64,000 nucleotides of DNA, taken from the NCBI GenBank assembly GCA_977016875.1, contig CDRNST010000112.1, positions 1,240,001 through 1,304,000 on the forward strand, in the 5' to 3' direction. Each line of letters begins with the position of its first letter. The first letter of the stretch is position 1. Shown piece by piece: positions 1 through 11,385 of the stretch. The stretch is from Pavona decussata (Eukaryota). The translations under genes and the position numbers were made by a program. The notes under the pieces are model-generated. The model was not told where the DNA came from. It saw nothing but the letters and a program-made list of their open reading frames with translations, and did no database searches.

Positions 1-370
1 TGAAACCGGGATATGCCACTTTGTGAGCACTGCATAGGTGGTACATTGCAAGGATACAATCATGAATGACATTAATATTTTTGGTTTTTATTGGTTCATT
101 TCTATTTAGAAGCAATGGAACAGTTTGAAAGAGTAGTATAGTGTGCACACAAATTATGTGACATTAAAAACTTTGGGTCACTTTGTCCTGTCCATGATGC
201 ACAAACCAGGTGAATTTCATGCAGCATCTTGCAGGGACAAAACTGTGTCTCTACATGCACAACATCAAAAACTTTTTCATAAAAACAAGGAAGTCACACA
301 AGGGAATCTGTTCCTGCAACATGTCCCCTTGTGTATCCTTGGAACCTTAACAGTGTAAAATTAGTCGCAC

Positions 371-3300
371 CTTAAAAACGATATCAGAACCAAGTGCCTC
401 CTTCACTGTCTTCACTTCTGCTCCAGCGGCAATATAATCAGCATCAAGAAACTTGGCACCTGCACCAGCGCCTGTCTCCACTACAACATTAAAGCCTTGT
501 TTGATCAACTGCTTGGCTGCTTCAGGAGACAACGCCACCCTTCTCTCCCCCTCATGAATTTCCTTTGGAACACCAATCGTCAGCTGGCCATAAGGGACAC
601 CTGTGACTGCCTCTGGTGCAGATTTGTCTGCCAAAAGGAATTAAATTTAACTAAATACAGTAAGAGCTCATTAATTTGACCACTGAAAACTGGGCTGCCA
701 AATATGCATGGTGGCATATTAACAGAGTGGTTGTGTTAAGGGGTTCTTAACATTCTTACCATTCTCTCTAATGATTGTAATCTCTAGTCTGTGCTATATT
801 AAAGAGCTATAAATTATATTTATTACTATCATGAGCATTTTCTGTATATTCTGAAAAAAGGAACACACTAAAAAATCTATGTTGTATTTGTCGCCTGGTA
901 ACAAAAAATATCCAAATGGCCAATTGAAAGTAAAAGAAACTAATTTTTTATGTGTTAGAAGAAGAATATGACAGTTTAGTTTTTCAAGCTATTCTGCTTT
1001 TGGAATATCCAGAATATAGTCAGATTTTGTGTACTAGTGCAAGATTCTCAAAACTATGCTTTGCTGGTGTGCATCCAGTCTCAGCTTCCCCCCTCCCCTT
1101 CCTAAGTTATTTTCCAGTGAACCAACAGTATGATGGGTGCTTTGTTCCCTTGGCTTGGATGCTCATGGCCGGGTTACAGGGATTTGCCAGCAATGGCAAG
1201 ATACTATAATTAAATATATAAATGCTTATAAGTACAGTCCTTATTTGGAATGTGATAATAATATTCAAGAATTGTAAAGTTTGCAGTTCCAGTGAAGTTT
1301 TAGTGGCAAACAAACAATGAGTTTGTTTGGTTCCAAAGTAACTGCAGTTACTGGGAGGGAACTGTCAGATGAATTATTTCTTTACATTCATGTAGTGAAA
1401 TAAAACAACCCATCCAGGAATACCTACTTTTGCTAAATTGATTAAATCAAGACGTTCTGTTGGTTTTAACTTTTTCTGGATTATCACTTACACTGTATGT
1501 ACAACAATATTTATTTACAGAGAAGTCTGGGTACCAAAATTTTGTGTACTGTCTTTTAATTTGACCCTGTTAACTTCTGAACTTCATGACTAATAAATGC
1601 TGAGATTTGTATTCCAGTTTAAATTATGGTCATTTATTAAGTGAGAGTTATTAAAGATAAATTGTGAAGACTGTTTGGATAGGAGACTCACCTTTAGCTT
1701 CATTGGCACAAAATCTGACAGTTCCAGCTAGAAGCTTGGGGTAAAAGTGAGGATCCTAAAGAGGCAATTCAAGAAGAAATAATAAAAGCAACAATAAAGT
1801 TCTCACAAGAACTGAATACTGTCACCTTATGTAGTGACTGTTTATGAAAAGTTGGTTAAGAATCTGGTATTGCACAGTCACTGTGCAGGTAGCTGGTCAT
1901 AGACAACAAACTTAATTCAAAGTTTATTATGAGTAACACAAATTCATGTAAAAAAAATTAATACTCTTTCATGTAATATATCAAGCACGAGGAAGAGTGT
2001 TTCATCAGATATCCAAACACTGAGAAGTAGGTTGAAAAAACTAGGGGCAGCCAAGTTTTTTTAAACGACTTTGAGGTGTTTGGATATCTGATGAAACACT
2101 CTTTCGAGGGTTTGATATGGCTTCTCAAATGATAAATAATTCTTGGAGAAATTCAAGGCTAAAGTTGGCAAAATTTTATGGTAATTAGGATCACATATTC
2201 AAACCACGGTCACAGTAATGAGTTTCTTTGTTTTCCCTTGATGAATTATTAATGAGTTTGAGAATGCATATATCAGTAACTTGAGAGTGGTTTCATAAAA
2301 TCCATTTTTTTCTGATCTTGCCATACATTCACGATGACAATAATATTGTGGATTGCATCCTCCAAAAACATAACATCAGACAAGACATTACACTTACATG
2401 CACTGTACATTTACAAGCATAATTCTTATCCTTAACAATTGATTACCACATCCTGCACACCAGTACAAGTTTTCAGTCAACATTGTTATCTTGACTGAGT
2501 GTATAATCAATTATTGGAAATAGCAGTTTACCTAGCTACAGAACCTCACACTGAAGCATACATGTATTTTCAAACAACAAGTTATTCTGAGCATTCTCAT
2601 AATTAAAATGATATTGTTTTTAGAATAAAGGTAGCCATAACAAAACAAGGGTATTAGGATCTACGAGACTCAAATATTTTTCAGTCTTAATTTCACAAAT
2701 AATCATTTTGATTGCCAAGATGTTGTGTCACCATGCATGTACCTTAAAAGTGGAACACTTTGGTGAGCAAGTTTTTCTTCCATAGCTACCTAACACACTC
2801 TTGGTGCCTGAAAACAAAAGGAATTGTAAAATTAATTAATATGTCATAGTGACGAGAAGAAAACAATCAACAGTTGGTATAATTGTTTCTGGGATAATAA
2901 CCACACCATAACCAAAACAATGCACAAATTCAACCAACAGGAAAACATTAGTATGTTACAAACTTATTAAAATTACACTAAAGCTAAACACTAAGATATG
3001 ACTTCTTCATCTTTCACCGTTTGGCAATTTGACCTGTTTTTTTTTTTTTTAAACAAACACACAAACAAACACTTAGATCCACAAAGGCTCTTTTCATAGT
3101 TATTCAATGATTCTTCTTATAGATTCCAGCAATGAATTTGAAAAGTAAAAGATAATGAGGCGTTCAAAACTCATTTGTGTTTGGCTATTTTAGCAAAATG
3201 AGTCTCCAGATTTAAAAATCTCACAAAAACTCAGATGTGTTTCAAAAGCTTTGCCTTTAACTTTAAAATTTATTGCTGGTAGAGGAAGAATCATTACTGA

Positions 3301-3643
3301 GACAAGCACGTCTTGCCTGGGTATTCTTGAGGTCATGATTTTATCTCAACAAGTAATGGCACATAAATTTTGTGCTTCTAGCAATTTATTATTAATAATA
3401 ATTCTTTTTTCTGCCATACATAAAGAGAATGACTGCTAGGCCAAGATCCCTTGCTATTAAGAAGATAGGCCACCATGCATGTTTATTTACTAACTAAAGG
3501 TTAAAGCATCTACAGAAATCCACATTGCTTTGAATGTATACAAGGTGATGCAGTAAGCTTGCATAATGAAATAGACAACAAAAACCTTGAAATGACTGTC
3601 TATGGAATCGCCTAGCAACACTAAGGCCAGCTCTCAGGAACAT
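371..3643 (-). CDS. NNT: Mitochondrial NAD(P) transhydrogenase, 5' part (gene continues off the left edge)
   Basis: Coding exons 3643-3586, 2807-2743, 1755-1692 and 627-371 join in frame with GT-AG sites (phases 1,0,1). They give [20 protein letters not shown] (presequence-like) ... [26 protein letters not shown] ... [17 protein letters not shown], the NNT domain I N-terminus. Confidence 0.93.
1995..2101. repeat. Inverted-repeat element in an NNT intron
   Basis: 26-bp perfect inverted repeat GAGTGTTTCATCAGATATCCAAACAC (1995-2020) and its complement (2076-2101). Confidence 0.7.
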
Positions 3644-3872
3644 AGTGAAACAGGGCCTGAAAATAAAGACAAAGCAGCAAGATTAAGTGTAGTTAGTATA
3701 CCCGATAAAAAGACCTCTTTGCTTCAAAAGACAATGCTTTGAGGTAACATAAACTTAAATTTAGATAAGTACCATTGAATGATATTTACTAGTTAGCTAT
3801 ATATAACTACGTGTACAGATAGAATTTTGTTTTTGCCTTCACGCACAATGCAGTTGCACTCTGCGAGACAGA

Positions 3873-4702
3873 CAGGGCTTCTGATATTTCGCGCGGTCGC
3901 GGAGCCGCAAAATTCAGTTATATCTGCGGAATCCCGCGAAATTCACAAAAAACCGCGTAATACTGCGAAATTCGTTTAAAATCCTACCAAATACATGTCA
4001 GTACAAAATATTTGAAACTTATTTTGGCTACTGGGGCTGTTTACTTTCCATTAATGCAAATTTATCTTGAAATTTCATCAATGTCAAGAGTAAACATAAC
4101 GTACCATAACTATCAGGCGTTCTTAGATTATTGTTGTGAAAACCTGGGCACCAGAAATGAGAAGACTTTTCGGTCACACTATACTGAGTGGGAAAGGAAA
4201 CTGCTGTCTGTAGTAATGCAGGCACATATTTAATCGTACGTGCAGGACACGATCGAAGACACAACAATGTTTTGACTTCGCAAATGGATTTGAACCTTTG
4301 ATCACGAACAATCTTGCCTTATAAACTGCAAAGCAACACAAGAGACCAAGGACAGAAAAGAAATTTATTGCGTTACTGTGTTCAGCTCTAAATTGCAGCT
4401 GAAAAAGGAGGTTAACTGGCCGGGCATTTCAGTAAAGCTTATGTTTTTCTTGTAGCTTGAAACAAGTACAATTGCCTTGAGAACTGTGTTGGATGAGCTT
4501 TTGTGTTTTCTTTCTTGCCCTGAATTTGACATCCTTCCAATATATCTTTTTTTTCTGGAATCTTTCTTCTTAGCTTTTTTCTTTGTTTTTCAGCGAAATT
4601 TGCCTCGAAAATTCCCGCGAAATCGTCCGTTTTCTCTGCGAATTTGTCTCCAAAAATTCCGCGAAATTTGACTTTTTCTCCCGCGAATTATCAGAAGCCC
4701 TG
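3873..4702. mobile_element. Non-autonomous DNA transposon (CAGGG termini, hAT-like)
   Basis: 14-bp TIRs CAGGGCTTCTGATA / TATCAGAAGCCCTG, subterminal CCGCGAAAT repeats, GACAGA on both flanks. Confidence 0.7.
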
Positions 4703-6300
4703 GACAGAGGAATAATCTTAAGGCCTCTGCAAGTTGAAATTCAATTGTTGGACCAAGTTCTAAATTAATAGACACTACATGTACTGTATGCACATAATGT
4801 TCAGCAAATACAGTAGTTCTCGTTCTTTCAACTCAAGTGACATCATTGCCACCATGTTAAGATACAATGTACCATCAACAAAAGGTTTCTCATTAGTATT
4901 TTTTGTTATGGTACACCAACATGCGCACCACGCCACTGTCATTAATTCTTTTGAGGCTCCATCCCCACTAATGCGATTTCAAAAGTGTCCATTTTCATCT
5001 CGGCAAAAACCAAGCAAAATATTTTCATCCACACTAGCGTTTTCGTATCGTTTTCACCTATGCACACTAAAACGCTCGAAAACAATGAAACAACTGGGAC
5101 CTGGGATTGTGCATGGGTTAAAATCACAAGACCATCCACCATCTTGGACAGATGCTGCGATTTGGACTGGAACCAATGGCATGTGATGCTTTTTACGTCA
5201 CCGTTTTCAAAAGTCTCTGTTTTCACCTGTCTACACTAGAAACAAAGCCATTCTTTTGACATCTTGAATCAAAAGTACTTACAATGTGGCTACTAGAAAT
5301 TGTCCCTGCAGTTCAAATTAAACATGGGGGTGTGTCAGGGGGAGGGGGAATTCCAGAACAATTCAAACAACAACCAAAATAATCAAACATGAAATTAAAA
5401 GCAGAAAGAGAAAGGCAATAAAATAATGATAACAATATTGCAACATTTATGATGAAGAAAACTGTGGAAAGCTTTATGTTCATGTTTTGAAGAACCTTTT
5501 TAAGATGGTGCAGTTTAAATTAACCCAATTTCTCACCCTTAGCTAAATCATAATTAAATTTAAGTTAGCATTAAGCTGCAGGGTACAATCATTAACATAA
5601 CACAAAGCGTGTTACTAACATTGTTCAATATATTATATGGGTTATTGTATATTGAAAAGCAATGCGTTTTGGAAGCTTAAACTTGTATTGCTTTCAAATT
5701 CATCTAAAGGAAAACCACATGCCGTTTGCCGAAAACTAAACAAAGTTTCGTTCCAAACAAGAATCAATTTGCGTGATGAAGAGTGGATTTTTGGATTCCT
5801 TCTGCGATGAATTCCAGTCCACGTGTTTACAAAAACTATAACTAGATTCACACCTCTTCCCTGATCGCTCAATCATCGATTGTATGCAGACACGCAATCT
5901 ATCGCTAACTGTACTACCAAAGGAAGTTTGTTTCAAAAATCCACAGTTAAATAAATAAAGCTAAATAAATTCAGAACTTGGAATAAAATGGAGCTTTGTT
6001 TTATTGTGTATTAAGCTTAAAAACACATTGTTGGCCCGTAAACCACTGCAAGACCGCCAAACTTTTGGAAGCGATAGTGTTCTTCCGGCCATGCGATTAG
6101 CAGACTGTCCGGTTGAGAACGTGTGCAGCTCCTAACAGTTTAGTTTTATCAAAACGCTGGTAAGCTATGATCTATTTAATAACAATATTACTTAACTTGT
6201 ACTCGTTAAATTTGCCTATCTCGATTGTTATTGTTTCGCATTGATTTGAAACGATTTGTGGCCATTGTTTACCGGTACATGTCTCATATCACCGAGCGGT

Positions 6301-6520
6301 CGCCATTTTGGTCTGGGTCCCTTCACCGCGCAAAGCTTCCAGTGAGGACTTATTGGAGTACAACACGATTGAAAATTAACTCTTACCTTCCTCGCTGTCT
6401 TTATAGATCGCTTGACTGCTCGTTGTACTTCTTTCCCCAAGTAAAAATTTCTCAAGGAGCCGATAATAACAGCCGTCGGCCAAGTGATCACGAACCCGCT
6501 CCCTCACGGCCCGGATACCA
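6301..6520 (-). promoter_or_regulatory. Probable NNT promoter and non-coding first exon
   Basis: Strong donor GAAG|GTAAGA at 6387/6386 on the - strand, YY1-like CAAAATGGCG at 6301-6310, CpG-rich surroundings. Coding exon 1 is preceded by an acceptor at 3657, so an upstream leader exon is required. Confidence 0.5.
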
Positions 6521-7959
6521 AGCCACGGTCAACAACAAACATGACAATAAATATTGCAGCCAATCAGAGAGCTACAAATACGTCCCTTGGGTGCAAACCC
6601 GCCAAACTTGAATGACTTGAAAACAAGGAAGAAAGCTTTGGCTGGTTACACACGTTTAACGTTTGTCGACAAATAAGTGGAAAAGTTTAGCAAGTTTTAC
6701 GTGATCAGTTACCCTTGACATGACAAGTTAAATTCGCCGACCGGTGTAAATGACTGATCATTACAAACCGAGGTCTTCGTCAGTTTCCTTGCTGAAGCCA
6801 CAACACAGTTCAGCTTTTCAACTCAAGGGCAACATATTTAGGCAAACTGTTTCTTCGGGTGCAAACGATAAACGAGATATTCGTGATGAGTTATCCTTGA
6901 CAAATTATATCTGTACACGAGCAAGACTTTTTTCCACGAAAATGATGTGAAAATGTCAAGTCTCCCTGTTCCCTCCCCTGTTCAGAAACCGCTGGTACGC
7001 CAGTTTTTTATCAGGAGCAAAATGCAAAGACCGTAACGTCAGCTCAGTAGCACATTCGCAAAATCGGGGCCGGACTAATAAGGTTCCCGAGTTTCCAAAA
7101 AATTTCTGTAACTTTAATTTTCAGCTAAAGCATTCGAGCAGATCAAACCGTAATAAATTCCTGGCTCAGATAAGACATGGAAATATTCAAGTCCCACTGT
7201 TTTACATGTAACAGCTTCCCTTTTTTAGCATGGAGGCTTTTTAAGGAAAAACTTGAAGTGTTGTTGTAGACACGATAATACAAATTTTGCTCGTGTGCAT
7301 TTAAAACTGAAAAATTACGGAGTTAGAATTAAGGAGGTTCGTTTTTCCGAGCGGCAGAGTTTATATGAAAATTTGTCTCATTGGACAACGTACAGTGTGC
7401 ACCGGAGAGACAAGCCAAAGCGTTTCCATCACAGGGCCAGCAAACCCTGGGGCCGGAGAACTACAAGGACAGTAGTCGTCACTTTAGAACTCCAAGAAAA
7501 ATAATTATTTCCGGCTGAGGTAGAAACAGTAGCCATGATCGGGTATGGAGACCGTAAGCTTAGGGGCCACGCGAATTCGACGTTATTGAAATTATATAAT
7601 TATTAAATGCGGCCACCGAGGAAATATACCCTGGGTGAATTTAAAGATTTGGATTTGGGTGAAAAAATGTTCAATTTCTCCGGGCGACGAGCTATCCTGA
7701 CCATTAACACACGTGCGCGTCACGCACGTATGTCGCAATTTCAGCTAAGTAGATTTTTTTACTACAACACATATATGGGGATCGAGGACTAAGTCAAAAT
7801 GGGATCCCGTTACGGTTTCCATCCCTGATTGTGGCTCCTGGGTAGAAATGAAATGAAAAAGAAGTTCCTTTCCTTTACCTCTCCTCCGCGTGCGCTCCCC
7901 TCGCTTCGCGCGCGTGCGGGATTCCTTTTCTTCTCGATCTAATAAAGACGCCAAGACAC

Positions 7960-8414
7960 CCCATGGTGTTTTTTTGGGTACTCCCGAAAATTTTCGATAG
8001 GGGTGTGTCGCAAAGGTTTTCGAACCCTGATCCTATTTAAGGGTAAAGGAAGGGAAAACGGATACCCTTTTTAAAGACCGAACCCGAAAAATGACACCCT
8101 ATTCAAGGGACCCAAACAACGGCTAGTGTGCACGGATAAACACAAATCTCTATGAAAATCGCTTTTCTAATACTTCAGCGGACACTTCAGTTTTTAAAAA
8201 GCCATTTCTTTTTCGTAAAACGTGGCGCTTACAAGCTTCAATTTAACTGATACAATTTAGGTACCCTATCTAAGGACTAATGCGGGAACGTGTTGATAAA
8301 TGAGGAAAAAAAATAATACCCTATTTATTAAGGACTGAGAACCTTAAAAGCCATACCCTATCTCGCGCACATACCTATATAGCCCATATATAGTAGTACC
8401 CCCTCCCCCCCGGG
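7960..8414. mobile_element. MITE of the CCCGGG(G)nTACT...AGTAC(C)nGGG family
   Basis: Degenerate termini GGGTACTCCC / AGTACCCCCTCCCCCCCGGG with internal ACCCTATTTAAG repeats; same architecture as 10673-11060. Confidence 0.55.
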
Positions 8415-8469
8415 CCAGACACCAATCCGCATAAATGAAACACGCAAAGAGTATCACTCAAGATTTTTT

Positions 8470-8583
8470 ACAGTTGAATCGAAACTCCTTCCAGAACAAC
8501 GATCGCATCTGTAACAAGATTAGCAGCCAGTCAAACTTATTACAAATCGTCGGCTCTTCAGAAGTCGCTGAGGCAAAGTAAAG
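8470..8583 (+). promoter_or_regulatory. Putative non-coding leader exon / promoter-proximal block of dioxygenase copy 1
   Basis: Motif AATCGTnnGCTCTTCA followed by donor AAAG|GTATGTTT (8583/8584) recurs upstream of copies 2 and 3. The first coding exon begins with an acceptor 7 nt before the ATG, so a leader exon is needed. The 5' boundary is approximate. Confidence 0.6.
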
Positions 8584-9052
8584 GTATGTTTGAATGAGTA
8601 TTTGGTTTAATCAACAGAGCTGCCACCGTAAAGAGATTTGACTCCTGAGCAGGAGATTTTACTTCTGAATCCTGCTTCTGACGTTTCGAGCGTACTGGAA
8701 GTGCAAATGGAAACCGTCATCTCCTCGGGTGGTTTCCCAAGGCCAACGGTTACTAAGGGCCTGAACGTAACGGTCAGTTGAGAAATTCACGGGTTCACCT
8801 TAAGACTTTAATTTACTGCAGAGTTAATTCTACGGAGATCGCAATTTACCGAAATGACGACATGGAGTCGTCGAAAGAGAGATGCAAGTGTAATCGAGCC
8901 CAAGGTACCAGGAGGAGTTCTCAGGTTAAGGAAGAGTCTGTATGACTTTTTTTTTTTTCGTTCGCTAGCTCGACACGAGAACAAGGGTCACGAGGGCATA
9001 GAACGAAATTAAACAACTACATACATATTGGCGACCCTTTTTGGCGGGTCGC

Positions 9053-9252
9053 CAGTGTCAGACAATTCGTTGTGTGGATCTATACAGATCTCATCAGGGT
9101 TATCATTAGAGGTGTACGTGCCTGCATTCTTGTCAACTTTATTACGGTAGTTTGGACCACCTCTAAACTCCAAAGTCTTCCACGGGATTTCCTGAGTAAT
9201 GATCGAAAAATCCTGCGTAGTTTGAGCTAGGAGATTGCGGAATAATATGGCA
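9053..9252 (-). pseudogene. Inverted 200-bp duplicate of dioxygenase copy 1 exon segment 16672-16871
   Basis: The reverse complement matches 16672-16871 with 11 mismatches and no indels by my count; it encodes AILFRNL...WKTLEFRGGPNYR...IDPHNELS. Confidence 0.93.
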
Positions 9253-9401
9253 CGCAGACCCTTTTTAAATGTCACGGTTCATGTCCGGTTCATGATTCCG
9301 CATTTAAATTAGCTAACAGGAGCGATTTGGAAAAACTGACATTTTATCGAAAAGTTAAACGCTAAAAGATTCTTTAAAAACATTTTAAAAACTAAAAAGC
9401 G

Positions 9402-9439
9402 GACGACGTTTCGGCGTTACTCTACGCCATTATCAAGTC
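9402..9439 (-). ncRNA. Minimal hammerhead ribozyme motif in the Penelope pLTR
   Basis: On -: GAC TTGATAA T GGCGT-AGAGTA-ACGCC GAAAC GTC GTC. This is a hammerhead core with U3-A8 covariation, 5-bp helix II and a palindromic minimal helix III, typical of Penelope-like elements. Confidence 0.8.
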
Positions 9440-10672
9440 AAAAAGGTGAAAGCTAAAACAAGAATATATAAAGACGTAAAACAATAAAATATTTGTGTGT
9501 CCTATGGGTCTATTACCCAAAGTAAAACAAAGCGAGCCAATAGCAAAGAAAAGAAAGTGTCAAGTGAAATGTTTGGCGCGAATTGAGTCACTTTGGGTGT
9601 TGAGAGAAGGCTTGATGTCCTTTATAACTGAACAGCATCTCGTATATTAGGCAATCGAACTTGCTTCTGCATTTCTTTAGGACTTTAAAGAGGTGATCGA
9701 TCTTTGCTCTTTTGTTGCCATGTTGTGTTTCAAAGTGTTTCCCGATAGCAGAATAGCGGTGTTCACTAATGCGTTGGTGTAAGTGTCGGGCAGTAAAGCC
9801 GACATAATTTGCATCGCACAAATCACATTGGAATGAATATACAACGCATTGCGTGTTGACGATCGGAGGCTTGTTTTCCTCTACACTCAAAGTTTGCGAT
9901 AATTTCCTGCTGGTGAAGACGGGTTTCATGTTGACCTTAATCATAGATCCCAGAGAATTGATTTCATTGCGGACGCGATCGGCTGATCGCTGATCTTTGA
10001 AAGGTAATAAAACTCGGGCCGTAAGGCGGACCGAGTTAAGCTTTTGGTAGCATTATCAAATTCTTTTTTCTTTTTGGGGTCGCGATTGGCCGAGAGATAA
10101 GACTTCGGGCCACGAGTTATTGTTCTCGGTCTCGTTTTTTTTACTCGGCTGGTACGAGTTACGTTTTCTGTCGTGAGATCAAATTCTTTAAATTATCGGT
10201 CGCGCTCTTTGTTTTCGGGCCGTGAGGAGTATTTACAATATGCGAGCCAGACGTGCGAGGCATGAACAAAACATGCGAGGCATGAACAACCCCAACATAA
10301 ACTGCTATTAAACCGTTAAGCTAACCGGGGAGCTATTTAAGCTAATCTAAGTGATATTTAGGCTAACTGGAGTGCTCTTTAGGCTAACCGGAGTGTTTTT
10401 TAGGCCAGGCTAACCTGAGTGCCTCAAGGCTATAGTTTTGTTTAACCGAAAATTTGGCAACTAAATCAGTCTATGACCTCGCGGGCCAAGATAGATAAAG
10501 ATGTCTCACGTTTACTATAGAAAAACAATCAATGTAGAAACAGTTTCTGTCTTCAAATGAAAGGTGGATAACAAATGCTTTCCCCTGAATTTCATTTAAA
10601 AATATAAACAGCGAAACATTGAAAAACGTACAAGGATATAAACGTACGCGTGATGCGTAACGTTACTCTAGA

Positions 10673-11060
10673 CCCGGGGGGGGGGGGGGGGGTACTCAAC
10701 AGATGCTGGGGTAGGGAGGTGCGGCCCAGGCGTTCAAACTCTGACCCTGTTTAAGACAATTCTCCGATTTCCCTATCCCGTTTAAGACAGAATTCAAAAT
10801 TTTCAGGCCCTTCCTAAGACATTTAACCCAAAATCACACCCTGTTTAAGACTAGAATGAAATAAAAATACACTAGTTTCTTACTGTATTTTAATGCATTG
10901 GCAATCACAATCTGTTTAAGCCATTAGGTCATGTAGGGATACCCTGTTTAAGACAGAAAGTGATGAAATAGATACCCCGTTCAAGACAAAACACCCTGAA
11001 AACCATACCCTATCAGGCTGCACGTCCCCGTTAAGGTCACATAAGGGAGTACCCCCCGGG
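10673..11060. mobile_element. MITE nested in the insertion that interrupts the Penelope - arm
   Basis: Termini CCCGG(G)nTACTC / GAGTACCCCCCGGG flanked by TCTAGA on both sides; internal CCCTGTTTAAGAC repeats. Confidence 0.75.
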
Positions 11061-11302
11061 TCTAGATCATACCGAAAATTACGATCCGTCATTGACCAGG
11101 CGTTACATACATATTAGGACCGTACAAATGGTTTCTGTCTCTAAACGAAAGGTGAAAACGTAAGGATTAAAGCCCTAGGATTATAAAAAGCATTCGTATG
11201 ACAAATGTCGTTTTCCCTTGTATTTCATTTTGACTGCAAGAAATGCAATGCTATCTGGTGGTTACTTATTGCCTCACTATGTCTCTGTATCTATCAATTT
11301 GG

Positions 11303-11385
11303 TAGCCTGCGAGCAAGCTCTCTTGGGGTTGGGAGGCGGGAGGGGGAAAGAGGATCCACCCCCAAGAGAGCTTGCTCGCAGGCTA
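11303..11385. mobile_element. Short palindromic MITE (TAG...CTA termini, 9-bp TSD)
   Basis: TAGCCTGCGAGCAAGCTCTC / GAGAGCTTGCTCGCAGGCTA; flanks TCAATTTGG / TCTATTTGG. Confidence 0.7.

Noticed and set aside
6225-6611. 128-aa and 87-aa ORFs in the NNT promoter region
   Set aside because: No recognisable domain, non-ATG starts, and overlap with the probable NNT leader exon.
9017-9054. Helitron 3' end explaining the captured exon fragment
   Set aside because: There is a hairpin but no CTRR terminus at the expected distance, the adjacent sequence is homologous to the copy 2 intron, and direct repeats flank the insert.
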